Positions 24,070-36,814 of a DNA stretch of 64,000 bases are shown here, piece after piece (position 1 is the first letter of the stretch; each line of letters starts with the position of its first letter). The stretch comes from the human T2T-CHM13v2.0 reference genome, Homo sapiens. Location: the NCBI RefSeq assembly GCF_009914755.1, contig NC_060933.1, one strand, 5' to 3'. Below the pieces are notes generated by a model. That model made no database searches, was not told the DNA's origin, and saw nothing but the letters and a program-made list of their open reading frames with translations. The position numbers were made by a program, and so were the translations under genes.

Positions 24070-24775
24070 TGGCTGGTGCATCTCGGGTGCTCAGCGCGTG
24101 GGCAGTACCCTCCCTGGCTGTGCTCCTGGGGGAAGCTGGGCACTGGGCATGGAAATGAAAGCGTGGTAGAGAGGGACCTCCTGGCTCCTTGCAGCTGAGA
24201 CCAGCCAGGGGCGCAGCCCTAGGGATCTGGCTGGGCCTGCAGGCTGCAGGGTTTCAGGAGGGAGGGAAGGGGCATGGTGAGGGCACCTTGGGCGTCGAGT
24301 CTCTGAGGGGGTGCAGGAAGCATTTCCTTACCTGTGGCGGGCAGTCGGTGGGCTGACCTCTGGGCCACGTGTTCACTGGCTGAGTGTGCGATTGTGTGCC
24401 CTGGCCCTGTGCCACGCCCACTGTCCTTGACCCGTCAGCCGGGTTTTCCTGGCAGCCCTGTGACTGCTGGCCTAGGGGCCGACCCCGTGAGGGGCTGGCA
24501 CTGGGAATGGGGACCTGGCCAGTCTTGCTCAGCCTTTGGGGACGGAGCCCCAAGCTCGCTGCATCCGTGCTGGGCACTGACAGTACCCATTCTCACCCTG
24601 TCTGTGCTCCGCTTTCATTTCTGGGGGCCTCTGGCAGTGTTGGGGTTACTGATCTCCGCCAGCCCCAGGGGTGTTGGGTCCTTGATGGCGAGCTGGCTGC
24701 CCTCCCTGGGCCACATGCTGTCCCACATGGAAGGCGATGGCGTTGTCCCCATCACTGCCTGACCAAGGGCAGGTG

Positions 24776-24824
24776 GCCCAGAGCATGGGAGGCCTGGAGC
24801 ATGGGAGGCCCAGAGCATGGGAGG
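24776..24824. repeat. Short tandem repeat, 16 bp x 3
   Basis: gccc/tggagcatgggag repeated three times. Confidence 0.8.
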
Positions 24825-26841
24825 GGTCCCCAGTGTCCAGCACAGTTGTGGGGCTGGGCCCTCCTTAGAACTCAGCCCTGCGTGTGCTGGCATCACCGCT
24901 CGGGAAGGCACGCGTGTCCTTCCTGCACAGCTGGGTGAAGTCTCCGTGTGTGTGTGCCCTGCAGCCAGCACACCCACACCCCCAGCTCCCGCGACCCCTC
25001 GGAGATATCCGTTTTCCCAACTTCCCCCTCCGGGACCACTTCTGTCTCTTGTTGGCCTTTATGAAAACAGAGGTCAGTTTGGATGTGGGGGTCAGGGAGG
25101 AGCACTCTACTCTTGCAGAGATGTAACATTTTTATTCTGACTTCCAGCTGCTGCCCGATTTCCACCGTCTGTGTGTGTGTTTTGATCTGTCATACCCTCG
25201 TGCTCTGCAGACCAGCTTCTGTCCCCAGGAAGCCATCTCGCTGCCCCCCTCCACACCCACCTCCATCAGAACCAGTATGGGGGACGTTGCGTGAGCTGAT
25301 GGGGTGCTGAGTGGGGACCCTCCTGCTCTGCCACCCTTGGAGGGGCTGTGAGAATCCAGGTGTGTGCGGAAGGGCCGAGCTGGGGCAGGTCATGTGCAGC
25401 TCAGCATCGGCCACACCCAGGCCTGGCCCCTGTGCTGTCCTCCTGGAGTGGTGGCCATGGGGGCACAGTGGTGCCCTGGGTGGCGAGCAGGTTTCACGAT
25501 GACTGTGGCTGGCGACGAGGAGCTAGCTCGGCAGGAAGCTGGCAGCCACCCAGGGTTCTGGGCAGGGCCGGGGCAGAGGGCACAGGCAAGGCACAGAGCT
25601 CTGGAAGTGCCAGGCCACCCCGGCTGCTTCCTGGGAGATGAGTCCCTGGCTGGATGCTGTCATCCTAGGCAGAGAGGCGAGTTCTCTGTCTGCTGGGTCA
25701 GCGCTGGGGAGCCAGGCCGGTGCTGGTGTTGCTGCCTTGCTGCCGCCACCTGAAGGCGTGTGTGCCGGCCAGCGCCTGTGTGCCAGCGCCTGTGTGCGGG
25801 TTCCTTACCACTGTGTGGTTTAACCCTTGCCACCCAAGAGGGCTGTGGCCATCTGCCTCCAGAACGCAGCTGGTGAACAGAGCTGGCCTGGTCCCGAAGG
25901 GTCCTGTGGCCTGGAGGCAAATGTGGATGCTTGTTGGTTTATTTGCTTAGAGGCAGGCTCCTGGGTGCCGAGGGAATAGGCTGTGGCCCCTGTCACCTGT
26001 CCCCAAGGAGCAGTACCTGGGGAAGGTACCGAAGTGGTGGCCCTCCCTGCCCCTGCCAGCCTCAGGACTGTGGCCATTAGGCTGGGTCGGCCGCTCAGAG
26101 TCACAGGAGGGGTGGGTAGGGAGCTCTGACCCTGGGCAGCGCGTGCCGTCCGGTTGCTCCCAAAGGCAGCCTGGAGTTGGGGTTTGCCGAGGGAGGCTGC
26201 CCCCGCAGACCCCAGGCTGTGAAGCACCCCAGCCTTGTAGGGGTGCCTGCAGGAGTCCCGGCAGCTTCAGGAGCGGCCTCTGGAGCCTGGAGGGCAGGAG
26301 CCAGACCATCCTTGGCTGTGACTTTGTTTTGTTTCCTCAAGTCAGATTGTCCTGCTTCATCCTGTGCCCGGAAGAGAGGTCCTGCTGCTGTCCTCGGGTG
26401 GGAACACACGTCTCTTGCCTTCCCTCCTTGAGGGTGGGGGTGGACCTCAGCCGCCACCCATTTGTCAGTCAGCAAATGCAGCTCCTGCTGGGTCACTTGC
26501 CTGCCAGCTGAGCTCCTGGGATGCAGCCCAGCCTGTGGGGCCACCCGGCTCCTCCAGCCTTATAGCTCCTCCCCACCACACCTCCTCTGCACAGCAGGAC
26601 CCGGAATTATGCTGTTCTCGGTTGGACCTGCTTGTCCGTGCTTAACTGGGCCTTTCCTGATCCCTGTGGGCTCCCTGAGGGCGGGGCTCGGGCCTGCCCC
26701 ATCAGCAACAGCTGTTGCCGAGGGCACAGATGCCCTGTGCATGGGGTGGGGATGAAGGAGGGCTGGGGGCTCCGTGACAGACAGTGGGAGGGGAGGCTGG
26801 CTGTCCTGTGGTGAGCTGCTTCTGGGGCACCCTGAGATGGG

Positions 26842-26903
26842 GCCTCCCTTCACTTCCTGGCCATCCAGGCATCTGTGTCTGTGTCCGGGAAGTGGAGGAG
26901 GGA
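26842..26903 (+). ncRNA. MIR4669: MIR4669 precursor hairpin (mature miR-4669 at about 26880-26901, UGUGUCCGGGAAGUGGAGGAGG)
   Basis: The 5' arm CCTCCCTTCACTTCCTGG pairs with the 3' arm CCGGGAAGTGGAGGAGG. The sequence matches my recollection of hsa-mir-4669, which is annotated in RXRA intron 1. Confidence 0.8.
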
Positions 26904-28859
26904 CCCCAGGACCGAGTCGCTGCCCATCACTGACCGTCTGTGGCAGGCACTGCCAGTGGCCGTGGCCCAGGGTCTTGGTGGCTCGGCCTCATCGGGGGCT
27001 TGCTCCAGGCCTTGGGTGATGCTCCTGTGCTCCCTGACGGCCGCAGGGTCTCACCCTCCTGCTCCAGCCCCTCTCTGACCCCACCCTGCGGTCCTGGGAG
27101 GTAGCAGGACAGCCCCAGTATGCGGATGAGAAAACCTGAGGCCCAGCCTGGGCGGGTTCGTGGGTCCAGCTCAGCCCCTCTGTGCCTGTGGTCTGTAGGG
27201 ACCTGGGCCCACCTGCCCCTAAGGATGGAGCTCAGTCTTCCCCAGCTCCAACCCTGGGGCCTTGTGTGGGAGGGGCAGTGGCCCTGGGATCTGGCCTTGG
27301 CAGCTCCAGCCCCCTCTCCAGTATGGCAGAGCCTGGAGGCATGCTGGTCTCTGGGTCTGAGACTCTGGCCTCCCAGCCTGCTCCCCTGGGGGTTGGTGGA
27401 GGCCTTGGGGCTGTCGGAGCTTCAGGATTAGGGACTGAAGCCCAGCAGGGGCTCCCTTTTCTGTGCCCCCTGCCTGAGCACAATCTTCCTGCCCTCTCCC
27501 CTGCAGCCCCTCTGTTGTCGTGGTCAGTCGTGCCGCCTGAGGGCCAAGTGTGGCCTTGGCACTGCCACCGTCCACCAGCGGCAAGTCAGGGCAGGTGCGT
27601 GTGTTGGGGGTGGCCCCCCGCGGTGTAGGCCGGAGGTGGCGTGCCGGCCCCGTGAGTCACGCCGATCCCAGGATGGGAGTGGGGGTGGCCGGGGCACTGT
27701 GAGCTGGCGTGCTGAGGCTGGCCTGCCCGTGGCTTGGCCTGGGGGCAGGGGTAGGGTGGGGTCCTGCCCGGGTTCTCCTGGAGAACCTGGGTCAGGAGCC
27801 AGGGGTCAGATCAGGGCTGGGGACTTCGCTTGGGGTCGGATAGGGGCTGGGGTGGCCATGAGAAGTGAGGAGCCTCCCATGACCCAGTGGTTGCAAGGAG
27901 CAGATGCCGCCTGTCAGGTGGGCGGCCCCCCTGGGAGGAGGCTGCAGGCTGGGAGGTAGACAGGACGGGCCCCTCGGTGTGATGGTTGGGGTGTCCAGGG
28001 ACTGGACTTGGGAAGGGTTGGTGACCTAGTGCCATGGGGTCCCTGCTCTCTGTGGCTGCCTCTGTGGCCAGGCCTTGGCCCTCCTGTTGCTGCCCCACGA
28101 CACCTGGCTGTGGCTTGTCCCAGCTCCTGGGCCAGGTGGGGAGTGCAGCTGGCCACCGAGCCTCATGAAGCACCTTTGCAGTTCCCCGGCACCTGGGTCT
28201 GGCCGAGGTCTGAGGCCAGAGGAAAGACCTCCTCCAGAATCCAGGGCTGCCCGTCCTGAGGTAAGGGGCTTTGAGCTGCAGGCAGACGGCACCTTCTACC
28301 CATGGCCGGATCCCCCCCTGTCAATCTGCAGTAGAGACAGCAGAGCCCCCGGGAACCCCTCCCAGCAGCTGAGGGTTCAGGGGGTGCCCCTCACTGTACT
28401 GGGGAAATGTGGCCCCAGCGGGCTGGAGGTGCAGGGCCCAGTCAGAGACTGAGTCTGAACCCGGTGGGGCCTCAGGCCAGCTCTGTGACCCGGACAAGGG
28501 GTTTTCCTTCTCTGAGCCCCAGTTGCTGCTGTCAGAGCCTGCGGTGGGCACTGATTTGAGGAAGGACAGACATGGGCTGGGAGGGTTGAGGGAGGCCCTG
28601 GAGAGGGGGACCCTGGGGAGGGAGATCTTGGAGCTGCAGAGGCTTTGAAGAGGCAGGCGTATGGGAGTGCGTGGCCAGGTTGCCCGGCCTGGGCTGGGGG
28701 CTGGGTCCAGGGATGCGGCTGGCCTCACCTGCTGGTAGAGCCCTGTCTGGAGGAGTTGAGCTCAGACCTTAGCTAGTGCTGACCGCGCTGGGGCAGAGTG
28801 CTGAGAGGGGCTCTCTCAGGGCCGTCTCTCAGGGCTGGGCCCTGTTGGATCTTCTAACT

Positions 28860-28960
28860 GTCTGAGCGGGAGAGGGAAGGCTTCCTGGAGGAGGTGTCCC
28901 TGGTAGGAAGACGCAGAGGGAATGATTGTGTGTGCTGTAAGGGCCAGGCCCAGGGCTGAG
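28860..28960 (-). mobile_element. L2 LINE fragment
   Basis: agggaaggcttcctggaggaggtgtc...gcagagggaatg, an antisense L2 motif. Confidence 0.5.
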
Positions 28961-29699
28961 AGGGGCTGGTGGAGATGGTGGGGGCTGGGTGGGGCAGGAC
29001 ACCATGGTCTATGTGGCGCCCGCCCTTCTCCCTCCTCCATGGCCACAAGGCCCCTCTGGTACAGAGGGTGGTGCTGGCCTTGAGGGATCTGGCCGGCAGG
29101 TAGGCAAGTGAATGACAGAGCCCCTCAGGTGGATTTGGGGGTGGGGCCTCCTGGTTCTGCCTATTTTCTTCAGCGGCCCTGGTTAGGGCTTTGAAGGGGC
29201 TTCACTGCAAATTAGCCCCGACCTCCCCGGGGTGCCCAGCAGGGGCGCACTGCACCTTAGGTGCTCCGTCGTGAAGTGGCCACAAGGTGCCTTTGGTGTG
29301 TGGGGCCCACAGGATGAGTTGGATGCAGCCTCCCGGTGGGGGCTGCTCAGGTGGTGATGAAAACTGTACCTGTGGGCAGGTGAAGCCACCGCTCCCTCGG
29401 TGTAGCAGTCAGTGTGCCCTCCCCACGTCTCCTCCTCTCCTTCTGTCCCTGGACCCAGGAGTTTGGGAGAGGCCAGCGGGCCAGCTGGGCACTTTGGTCT
29501 CTGTAATGAGGACCCTCCCACCCCACCAAGATGCACACATGCCCTGCCAGGATGTGGGGGGGGCGCAGGGCAGTGGGCTGAGCCAAGGTGTAGATGCTGG
29601 GAGGTAAGGTTACCCTCCCCCTGGGCTGGCGTCTGCCTCCCCGCCTGCTGCTGCCCCTGTGGCCGGCCGCATGTGGGGAGGAAGGAAGAGGTTTGGGTG

Positions 29700-29720
29700 G
29701 TGTGTGTGTGTGTGTGTGTG
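29700..29720. repeat. (GT)n microsatellite
   Basis: About 10 perfect GT units. Confidence 0.9.
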
Positions 29721-31475
29721 CGCTTTTGACTGGGCTCGGAGGGCTCTGGCTGGGACCCAAGCTCAGGCCTTTAGCACCTTGGCTGGGAGGAGTGAGGCCT
29801 GGGGAGACAGTGGGGGCCAGGAGCTGGGTGCTGAGGAGACCAGAGCTGGGGGCTGGGGCGGGGCCAGGGCAGCTGGTAGGAAGTCCTGCCCTTGCAGCCG
29901 GTCCTGCGAGAAAGCCCCTGGCTGCTGTCTTGGCTTTGCTGGACTGGCAAGGTGGACCAGAGGCTGGGGACTGGACACCATGGGCCTCTGTGCACTGATG
30001 GAGCAGTAGGTGTGTGGGATTCATGGGGTGCTGGGGTGTGGATTCACGAGGGAGGGGCCTTTTGGGTTACGAATCAGCCCCTCCAGTTATCCAGGGTGGG
30101 GTGCTGAGGCCTGAGTGGGCAGTATGAGGGTGGGCAGCTAACTATGTAACAGCCGGGTCTCTGGGAGGCCCTGGTCTGTGGCGTTGCCGTCTCTGAGCTG
30201 GGAAGACATGTGCCTGAGAGCTGGTCCGGGGTGGCCTCTGGCTTTGGCTGGGGAGGCCCTGCCCACCTGAGAGCAGCGTTCGGCGAGTGTGGACTCTGCC
30301 CCGGTGCTGGGCGCAGCACCTGTCGAGTTCTTGGAGCGTGCCGAATGCAGGCGTAGCTTCGGGCTGTCTGGACAGGACCTGGTTAGCGAGACCCTGGCTG
30401 AAGGGCCCAGAAGGGGCTGCAGTGGGACTGGAGCCACCTGGCTATGCCCCTGGGCTGCTGGGATCACATGCTGTGGGTGATTGGGCAGATGTGGCTGTGT
30501 GTGTGCACACTGTGGGGACAGACAGGGTGGGCCCATCTAAGCCATGTCCTGCCAGAGGCTTCCCCAGTGTCAGCACACACAGGGGGGCCATGAGGGGCCG
30601 AGAGCCCAGGCCGCTTCACCCCAGAGGGCTGAGCAGCTGGTCAGCTGGACTTGCTCTGGGGGTCTTTGTCTCACTGATGAGCCATGTCAGGGTGAGGCAG
30701 GATGGAGGTGGGGCTGTCTTGTGTGGCCTGAGTGGGTGTGGCGGGCTGGGAGCCTGTTGCAGGTCAGGATGTGTCCAGGGGCCAGCACCAGACCTGCTGA
30801 GGTGGGAGGTCAGTCTGTGCTGGCTCTGTGAGGGGCCCTGCAGTCTTGGACCTTGCCTGTCCCCTCTGGGGCTGAGGTCAACCCTGGGGCAGGGGTAGGA
30901 TGGGGACACGGACCCTCATTCCGAGTCTCATGAGACCGCACCACTTAGCTGTCAGTGAGGCTTGTTGGGCATAAATGAAGCGCATTGATGGGGTGAGGGC
31001 CGGAAGAACCCACAGAGGCTTCGCACCTCCCACTCCCCGCCCCCCTCTGGGAACCAGGCCCTCAGGCAGCTGGCGAGGATCTGGGGGTCACAGCTGACCA
31101 CCAGCCACAGCTGAGTTGGCAGTTAGCATGGTGGCATGGTGTGCCTCTTGGGAATAAAGCTTCGACCTGGGCTGCATGAGGACGGGTAGGTGGGCTGTGA
31201 TCCTCACTCCAGGCAGAACCGTCCCATGCCCTTGTCCATAGGATGAGCTTATCCAGGTGTGGTTCCAGGCCCTGAACCCGATGTGCAGGGAGCTGGAAAG
31301 TTCAGAGGAGGGAACAAGGGATCCTGGCTAACACCCAGGAGGCCAAGGGACCGTCTGGCCTGAGTCTTGATGAAACCAGGCCTCGGGGGTTGTTTGTGTT
31401 GTTATTATGAGACTAGCATGTGCCTGTGGTACAGACCCCAGCTCAACAAAAGCCTATCTTCTCCTCACTAGAGCT

Positions 31476-31726
31476 GGGAGTCCCAGACCCTCCACACTGT
31501 CACTCAGGTGGGGAGTCCTGGACTCTCCACACTGTCACCCTGTGGGGGGAGTCCCAGACCCTCCACACTGTCACCCCCGGGGGGAGTCCTGGACCCTCCT
31601 CAGTGTCACCCCGGTTGGGGGGGAGTCCTGGACCCTCCATACTGTCACCCCGGCGGGGAGTCCTCAACCCTCTTCAGTGTCACCCCTCGGGAGGAGTCCT
31701 GGACCCTCCTCGCTGTCACCCCAGGG
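31476..31726. repeat. Minisatellite, about 35-bp unit x 7
   Basis: Unit about GGGAGTCCTGGACCCTCCACACTGTCACCCCNGGG; seven diverged copies. Confidence 0.92.
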
Positions 31727-34700
31727 ACCTCCCTCATCATCTTTGAACCCCAAACTGGGCAGACATTGATGGTTACCTGCTCCACATGGCTGGGCCGGTG
31801 GTGCAGAGGAAAGCGAACCGTGCTGGGGTCGCCAGCGACTGAGGATGGAGTCAGGGGATATGGCAGCAGTGGAGACACCAGCAAGCTAGGGACAGCCCGA
31901 AGCTGGGGGAGACTTGGGAATTTAGTGGGTTCTGCAGAGCATGGGCTTTTGTGGTGGGTGAGACCCAGGAGGGAAGGGACCTGCCCTGGGCCCCTCAGCC
32001 GGTGGAGCTGTGGGTGCAGGGTGAGCAGCGTGTGGACCCATGCAGGGCGTGCTGGGGGGCAGGGGCCAGAGCTGGAGGAAGAGGCTGCGGTGGGGCTGTA
32101 CTGGGCCGTCACCCGGTCGGCCTGGGGGCGAGGGTTCTCTGGCCCTTTTCTGTCTTCCAGGAGGAAAGGAGCCCTCTGTGTCCCACCTGCTGCCTTGACG
32201 CTGGTGCCCTGGGCTTTTGTGGGCAGTGGGTTTCCCTGTGCTCAGGCGGGGCAGTGCCCTCCTGTGGTTCAGGGCCAGCCTGGCCTCCAGTCCTGAGCAC
32301 CGCCTGCAGAAGGGTTTTCAGACGGGTGTGAGCATGTGGGGGTGCCATCACAGGAGACTTCTGGTTCCCCTCCAGCCCTGTGTGACATCTTGGCGGCCTG
32401 TCCCCAGCACTGGTTGGGCAGGCAGGAAGCTCCTGGCCTGGGATGGGCACAGACAGGGTGTGGGCCGTGAGTCGCTGCTGCTCAGAGCTACCCCTGCGCA
32501 GCCTTCCTTGAGGCCTGGTTCCCGGGCCATGGCTTCTGCAGCCTGGGCAGGGCAGCCTGTTGTGGACAGAGCTGGTTGGCTCTCAGGCCTCCTGGGTGGA
32601 TGGGGACTTAGGACCCCCACTAGCATGCCAGGGGCTGGCAGGGCTGAAAGCTGCACGTCCACACCCCCACACTCACTACCGGCCCGGGGCTTGTCCATTG
32701 GCTGATGGGCCACAAAAGGCATTCTGTGCCTTGGAAGAAAGCCCTCGTTGTGTGGCTGGAGGGAGGCTGGGAGCCATGAAGGCCCCTTCCCCCGCGTGCT
32801 TCCTCAAGCCTCTCGAGGCGGGTTCCATCCAGAGCTGCTCAGGCCCTGCCTCACCAGTATCCGAGGCTCTGCTCCATTCCGGCCCCTGCCTTGTCAGGCC
32901 CGGTGACTCCCTGCTTGTTTCCTCCACTCGGGCCTCTGCGTCCCCCACGCCCCCACAGGACGCCCCCCAGGATCCGTAATGCTGGTCTCTCTAGGGCTCC
33001 CTGCTCAGTGTGGCCCTTGCTGGGAGCAGGTGGGGATGGCACGGTGGGGATGTGAGGGCCTGCGCGAGCGGTGGTGGCCCCCGAACAATGCCTGGGCTTC
33101 TTCCAGGCCACCACTCCAGGCCAGGACAAGGACAGGCACCCTGCATCCGGTTTTCCAGCACTCCTGCATGCCGGCTGGCACCATGTTGGGGCGGCTGTTG
33201 CCATCGCCCCCCAGCACGCAGATGGGGAATGGGCCCAGCCAGGTCACCTGATTTGCCTACAGTGGGCAGCCAGCTGTGGTGGAGCTGGATTTGAACTTGG
33301 GGCTGCCCAACGTCCGGGCCTTGCCCTTGTCCTCTGCCCAGGCCCCTGCTGGGTGGCAGACCATCTGCGGCACCAGCTGCGGGTGTGACGGTCGTGTCTC
33401 GGATTGAGGAAATGAGGCCGGGGTCCTTGTCCTCTTCCAAGAAGCTCTTGGCTTTGGCCAATGGCAGCCGCCTTGTGGTCACAGGTGTCTGGTTGAGGGT
33501 GGGGGACCGGGCGGCTCTGGGAAAGGGGAACTGGGCCGCCGGGCCAGCATGAGCACCACTTGCTTGCGACCAGCTCCAGGCTGCCTGGAAGAGACTCCAG
33601 CTCTGCTCAGGCACCTCCCTCAGGCCCCTTCCTGCCCGCTCAGCCGCCGCGCTGCATCACCCGAGGCTGTGGGACCCTGAGCCCGCCGGCCAGCGGCCGA
33701 TGGGGCCGCCCCTGTGGTGGGACCTCTCGCCTGCCCTCGCCATGAGGCTGCACCTCCTTGCCTCTCTGTCGGGCGGTGGACTGGCCTGGCGGGCGGGGGA
33801 CCGCAGGTGGCTGGCAGGTGAGGGCCAGGTTTGGTGGCCACTCCGTGTGGCCTGGGTGGGTGCCTGTGTCTTGCCTATGGAGTGTGGGACTCATGGCATG
33901 TCTGCTGGGGCTGTGGGGGAGAGGATCTGGGGACCCCAGGTCGGGAGAGGCTGGGGAGGTATGGGGGCCAGGTCAGGGACACCCCGCTCCGTGGAGCATG
34001 CCTGTGGTCTGGTCACGGCTGCTCCGTACGTGGCCGTGCTGAGGGTGTCATGGGAGCGTTCTGATTCTCCCAGGCTGCCACTGTCAGCAACAGCAAACTG
34101 AGGCTGGCCCTGGGTCTGCCAGACCCTGCAGCCCGAGGCCAGGACCACTGGGGTCTCTGGTGTCCCCCGGGTGTCTGGGCCTGAGGGCTCCTTTCAGGCC
34201 ACTTTGTTCCAGAAGAAAGACCTGGGCTCTGGGCTCTGGGCAAGGGTGGGAGCGTGGGTGGTTCTCCTCCCTCTCCTTACCTTGAGGCTCTATGGAGGAC
34301 CCCTTGGGGTCTGCCCCACTCCCATTTTAAAGATGAGGAAACTGAGGCTGGGTTGTGGCAGGGACTTGTGTAGCCGGAGGGGTGCAGTGGACCTGACCCC
34401 GTCTTCCTGGGCCCAGCGTTGGGACACTGTGCCAGAGAGCAGCAGGGGGCTTAAGCGGCCAGACTGCTCAGCCTCTGCCTGCCCTGGGCCGCTGCTGTGG
34501 CTGCGGTGTCGGGTGGGTGAGAGGGGAGACATAGGGGCAGCCCTTCTCTGCAGGGAGTGAGGGGGCTGAGTCGGAGGGTCCCCACACCCATCCTGCTGGT
34601 GGAGGCCAGAGCCGGCTCCCGGCCGCTCCGCCCTGCCCGGCCCTGGCTCATGTCCCGTTTCTTTTTCCTGGCAAGGACGTCTGTTAATTGGCATGCACAG

Positions 34701-35605
34701 AGTGCCAGGGCCCATGTGGAGAGTGCTCAGGTGCCTTCACAGATGTCCCTAGAAGGATGCGCTCTCGGCGCCCACGGTACAGGAAGACAGGCTCAGTGCC
34801 GTGGAGTAACTTTCCCAAGACCACGGGGAGCCTCGGGGAGGGACTCAAACCAGATCGGTCTGGCCAGGGTGCAAGCCTGGACCATCTCGATTTTCCAAGG
34901 CCTTTTAAAAGTCCTTTCGCAATTTGTAAATATTTAGCCCAGCCTTCCTCAGCACTGCGTGGGCATTGATGGATGCCAGGCGAGGCTGTGCCGGGCAGTC
35001 TCTGGGAGCCACTTGGTTTTGGAGCTGACACCTGAAATAGAACAGTGCACCTGGGGACCACGCAGTCCTTGACCAGGACCACCTGCCTCACAGAGCCGTC
35101 CATGAGCGTTCCCCGCATTTTGTGCTGTCAGTAAGCAGCAGGCGTGCGGCGTGCCTGCCTCGCACACTTGTCCCGGCGCCAGCCCTGACTAGCTGGTGAC
35201 CATGAGCCTGTCCTGGGCATCTCTGGGCTCAGCTTCTCCCCTTTTCCCCAAGCCCGTGCCTCGCTTGGGCTGTCTGGAGTGATCGTGAAGGCCCGTTCCC
35301 AGCCTGACTCTGTGAGCCCAAGGTTTTTTGAAAGCCCCAGCCTCTTGCAGCAAAGAACTCTGATTTCTGTTTTGGAGGTGACATTGGGGGGTTTGAATTC
35401 AGATCCCTTCGGCAGCTCTTCCTGGAGGGCAGGAAGCGCTTATAGGGCACTTATCGCTGCACCCCATGGTGACCACAGAGAGGCCTCTTCAGCTCTTGGC
35501 TTTGGTTTACTCATCTGTAAAGTGGGCGCAGAAGTTTTCCAGGTCAGCTTTCTTGATGTGACAGGAGGTTTGAGTTTGTATTAAGTTACTTTTATGCAGA
35601 AAATA

Positions 35606-35673
35606 TCCTAGGCTGTTAGACTGTGCACTTCCGTCAGGGGTCCTAGGCTGTTAGACTGTGCTCTTCGTCAGGG
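35606..35673. repeat. Tandem duplication, 35 bp x 2
   Basis: tcctaggctgttagactgtgc.ctt.cgtcaggg at 35606 and 35641. Confidence 0.88.
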
Positions 35674-35708
35674 TTGGGGGATGTCTTTGGTGTTCTCAGC
35701 TAGAAGCA

Positions 35709-35752
35709 GTGTGTGTGTGTGTGTGTGTGTGAGTGTGTGAGTGTGTATGTGC
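35709..35752. repeat. (GT)n microsatellite with degenerate tail
   Basis: (GT)11 followed by gagtgtgtgagtgtgtatgt. Confidence 0.9.
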
Positions 35753-36814
35753 ATTTGCGTGCACAGGCACACGTGTTGGGGTCACTACGGGCATCTGGTG
35801 CTGGGCCAGGCACTCTGAGCGTCTCCTGAAGCGCACTTACTGTCTCTTCTGGGAATGACTTGGGATGTTGTTCTGCTCTCACGCAGGAGTGGGGCCCAGG
35901 GTCTGTTGTATTTTTGGCTGCTGGACTTTGATTTGTGCACCTTTCCCCATGGCCTCCTGGTGACGGTCCTTTCTCCCACGATTACCTCTGTCTGACTGCT
36001 TGTCCTCTGGGGAGTCATCTGAGGCATCAGGTTAGTGTTGTGTGTGAAGCTGAGTCAAAGACCCTGAGCAGGAGCCTCTCCTGTGAGTCAGGCGCATGGA
36101 AGTTTTAGCTTGTGGAGTTGGTGGCCGCCATTCTGGGCGCATCGGGCTCTCCCGGCCCCTTTCCCTGGTCTTCCTGCACCTGGATGGGGAGGGGAGTCAT
36201 CCTTCGATGTCCTTCCTCTGCCTCCTCCTCCTTGTGAGCCAGGTGACAGCCGGGTGCCCTGGGGCAGATGCTGAGGGTCTCCAGGTGTCTGGAGGCTGTG
36301 AGTTCTCTGGAGGGACAGAGCCCCCTCCCTGCTTGGTGGGGGCTGCTGCTTGACGGACTGGGTGTGGGTCAGAAGCCCTGGAAGACACATTTCTGGCTCC
36401 TCTCCTTCGTGCTGGATGCCCCAGAGGGCTGAGACCCGGTGACCTGCCTCCTCCAGGGTGGCCTCAGGCCTGTGTCCACTCACCTCCCTGCCAAGCTCTG
36501 GTCCTCCAAGGAGGGGTTTGGTCTCCTGGGTCCTCCTCGGAGAGTCACATCCGCCACCTGGCCGGTCCTGTCGTGGACGCCCTCAGCTCGCTCCCGTCCC
36601 CTGCCCCTCTGGATGGCACAGACTGCACGTTGTTGCCATTTCACGGAACCCGTTTTCCCGGATTTGTCAGGAGGGGAGAGAATGGTGGAAATGCAGTTTT
36701 GCTGGGTTCCCTGCACACGTGGGCGCTGGCTTTGGTCACCCCCGGGGGGTTGCTCGTGGGATCCAGAGAAGTGGACGTTGGTGAGGCCAAGCAGGCTGGG
36801 AAGGGTGCTGGACA

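Noticed and set aside
31476-31726. Regularly spaced ~35-bp repeats as a CRISPR array
   Set aside because: The units are head-to-tail with no unique spacers, there are no cas genes, and the context is a human intron.
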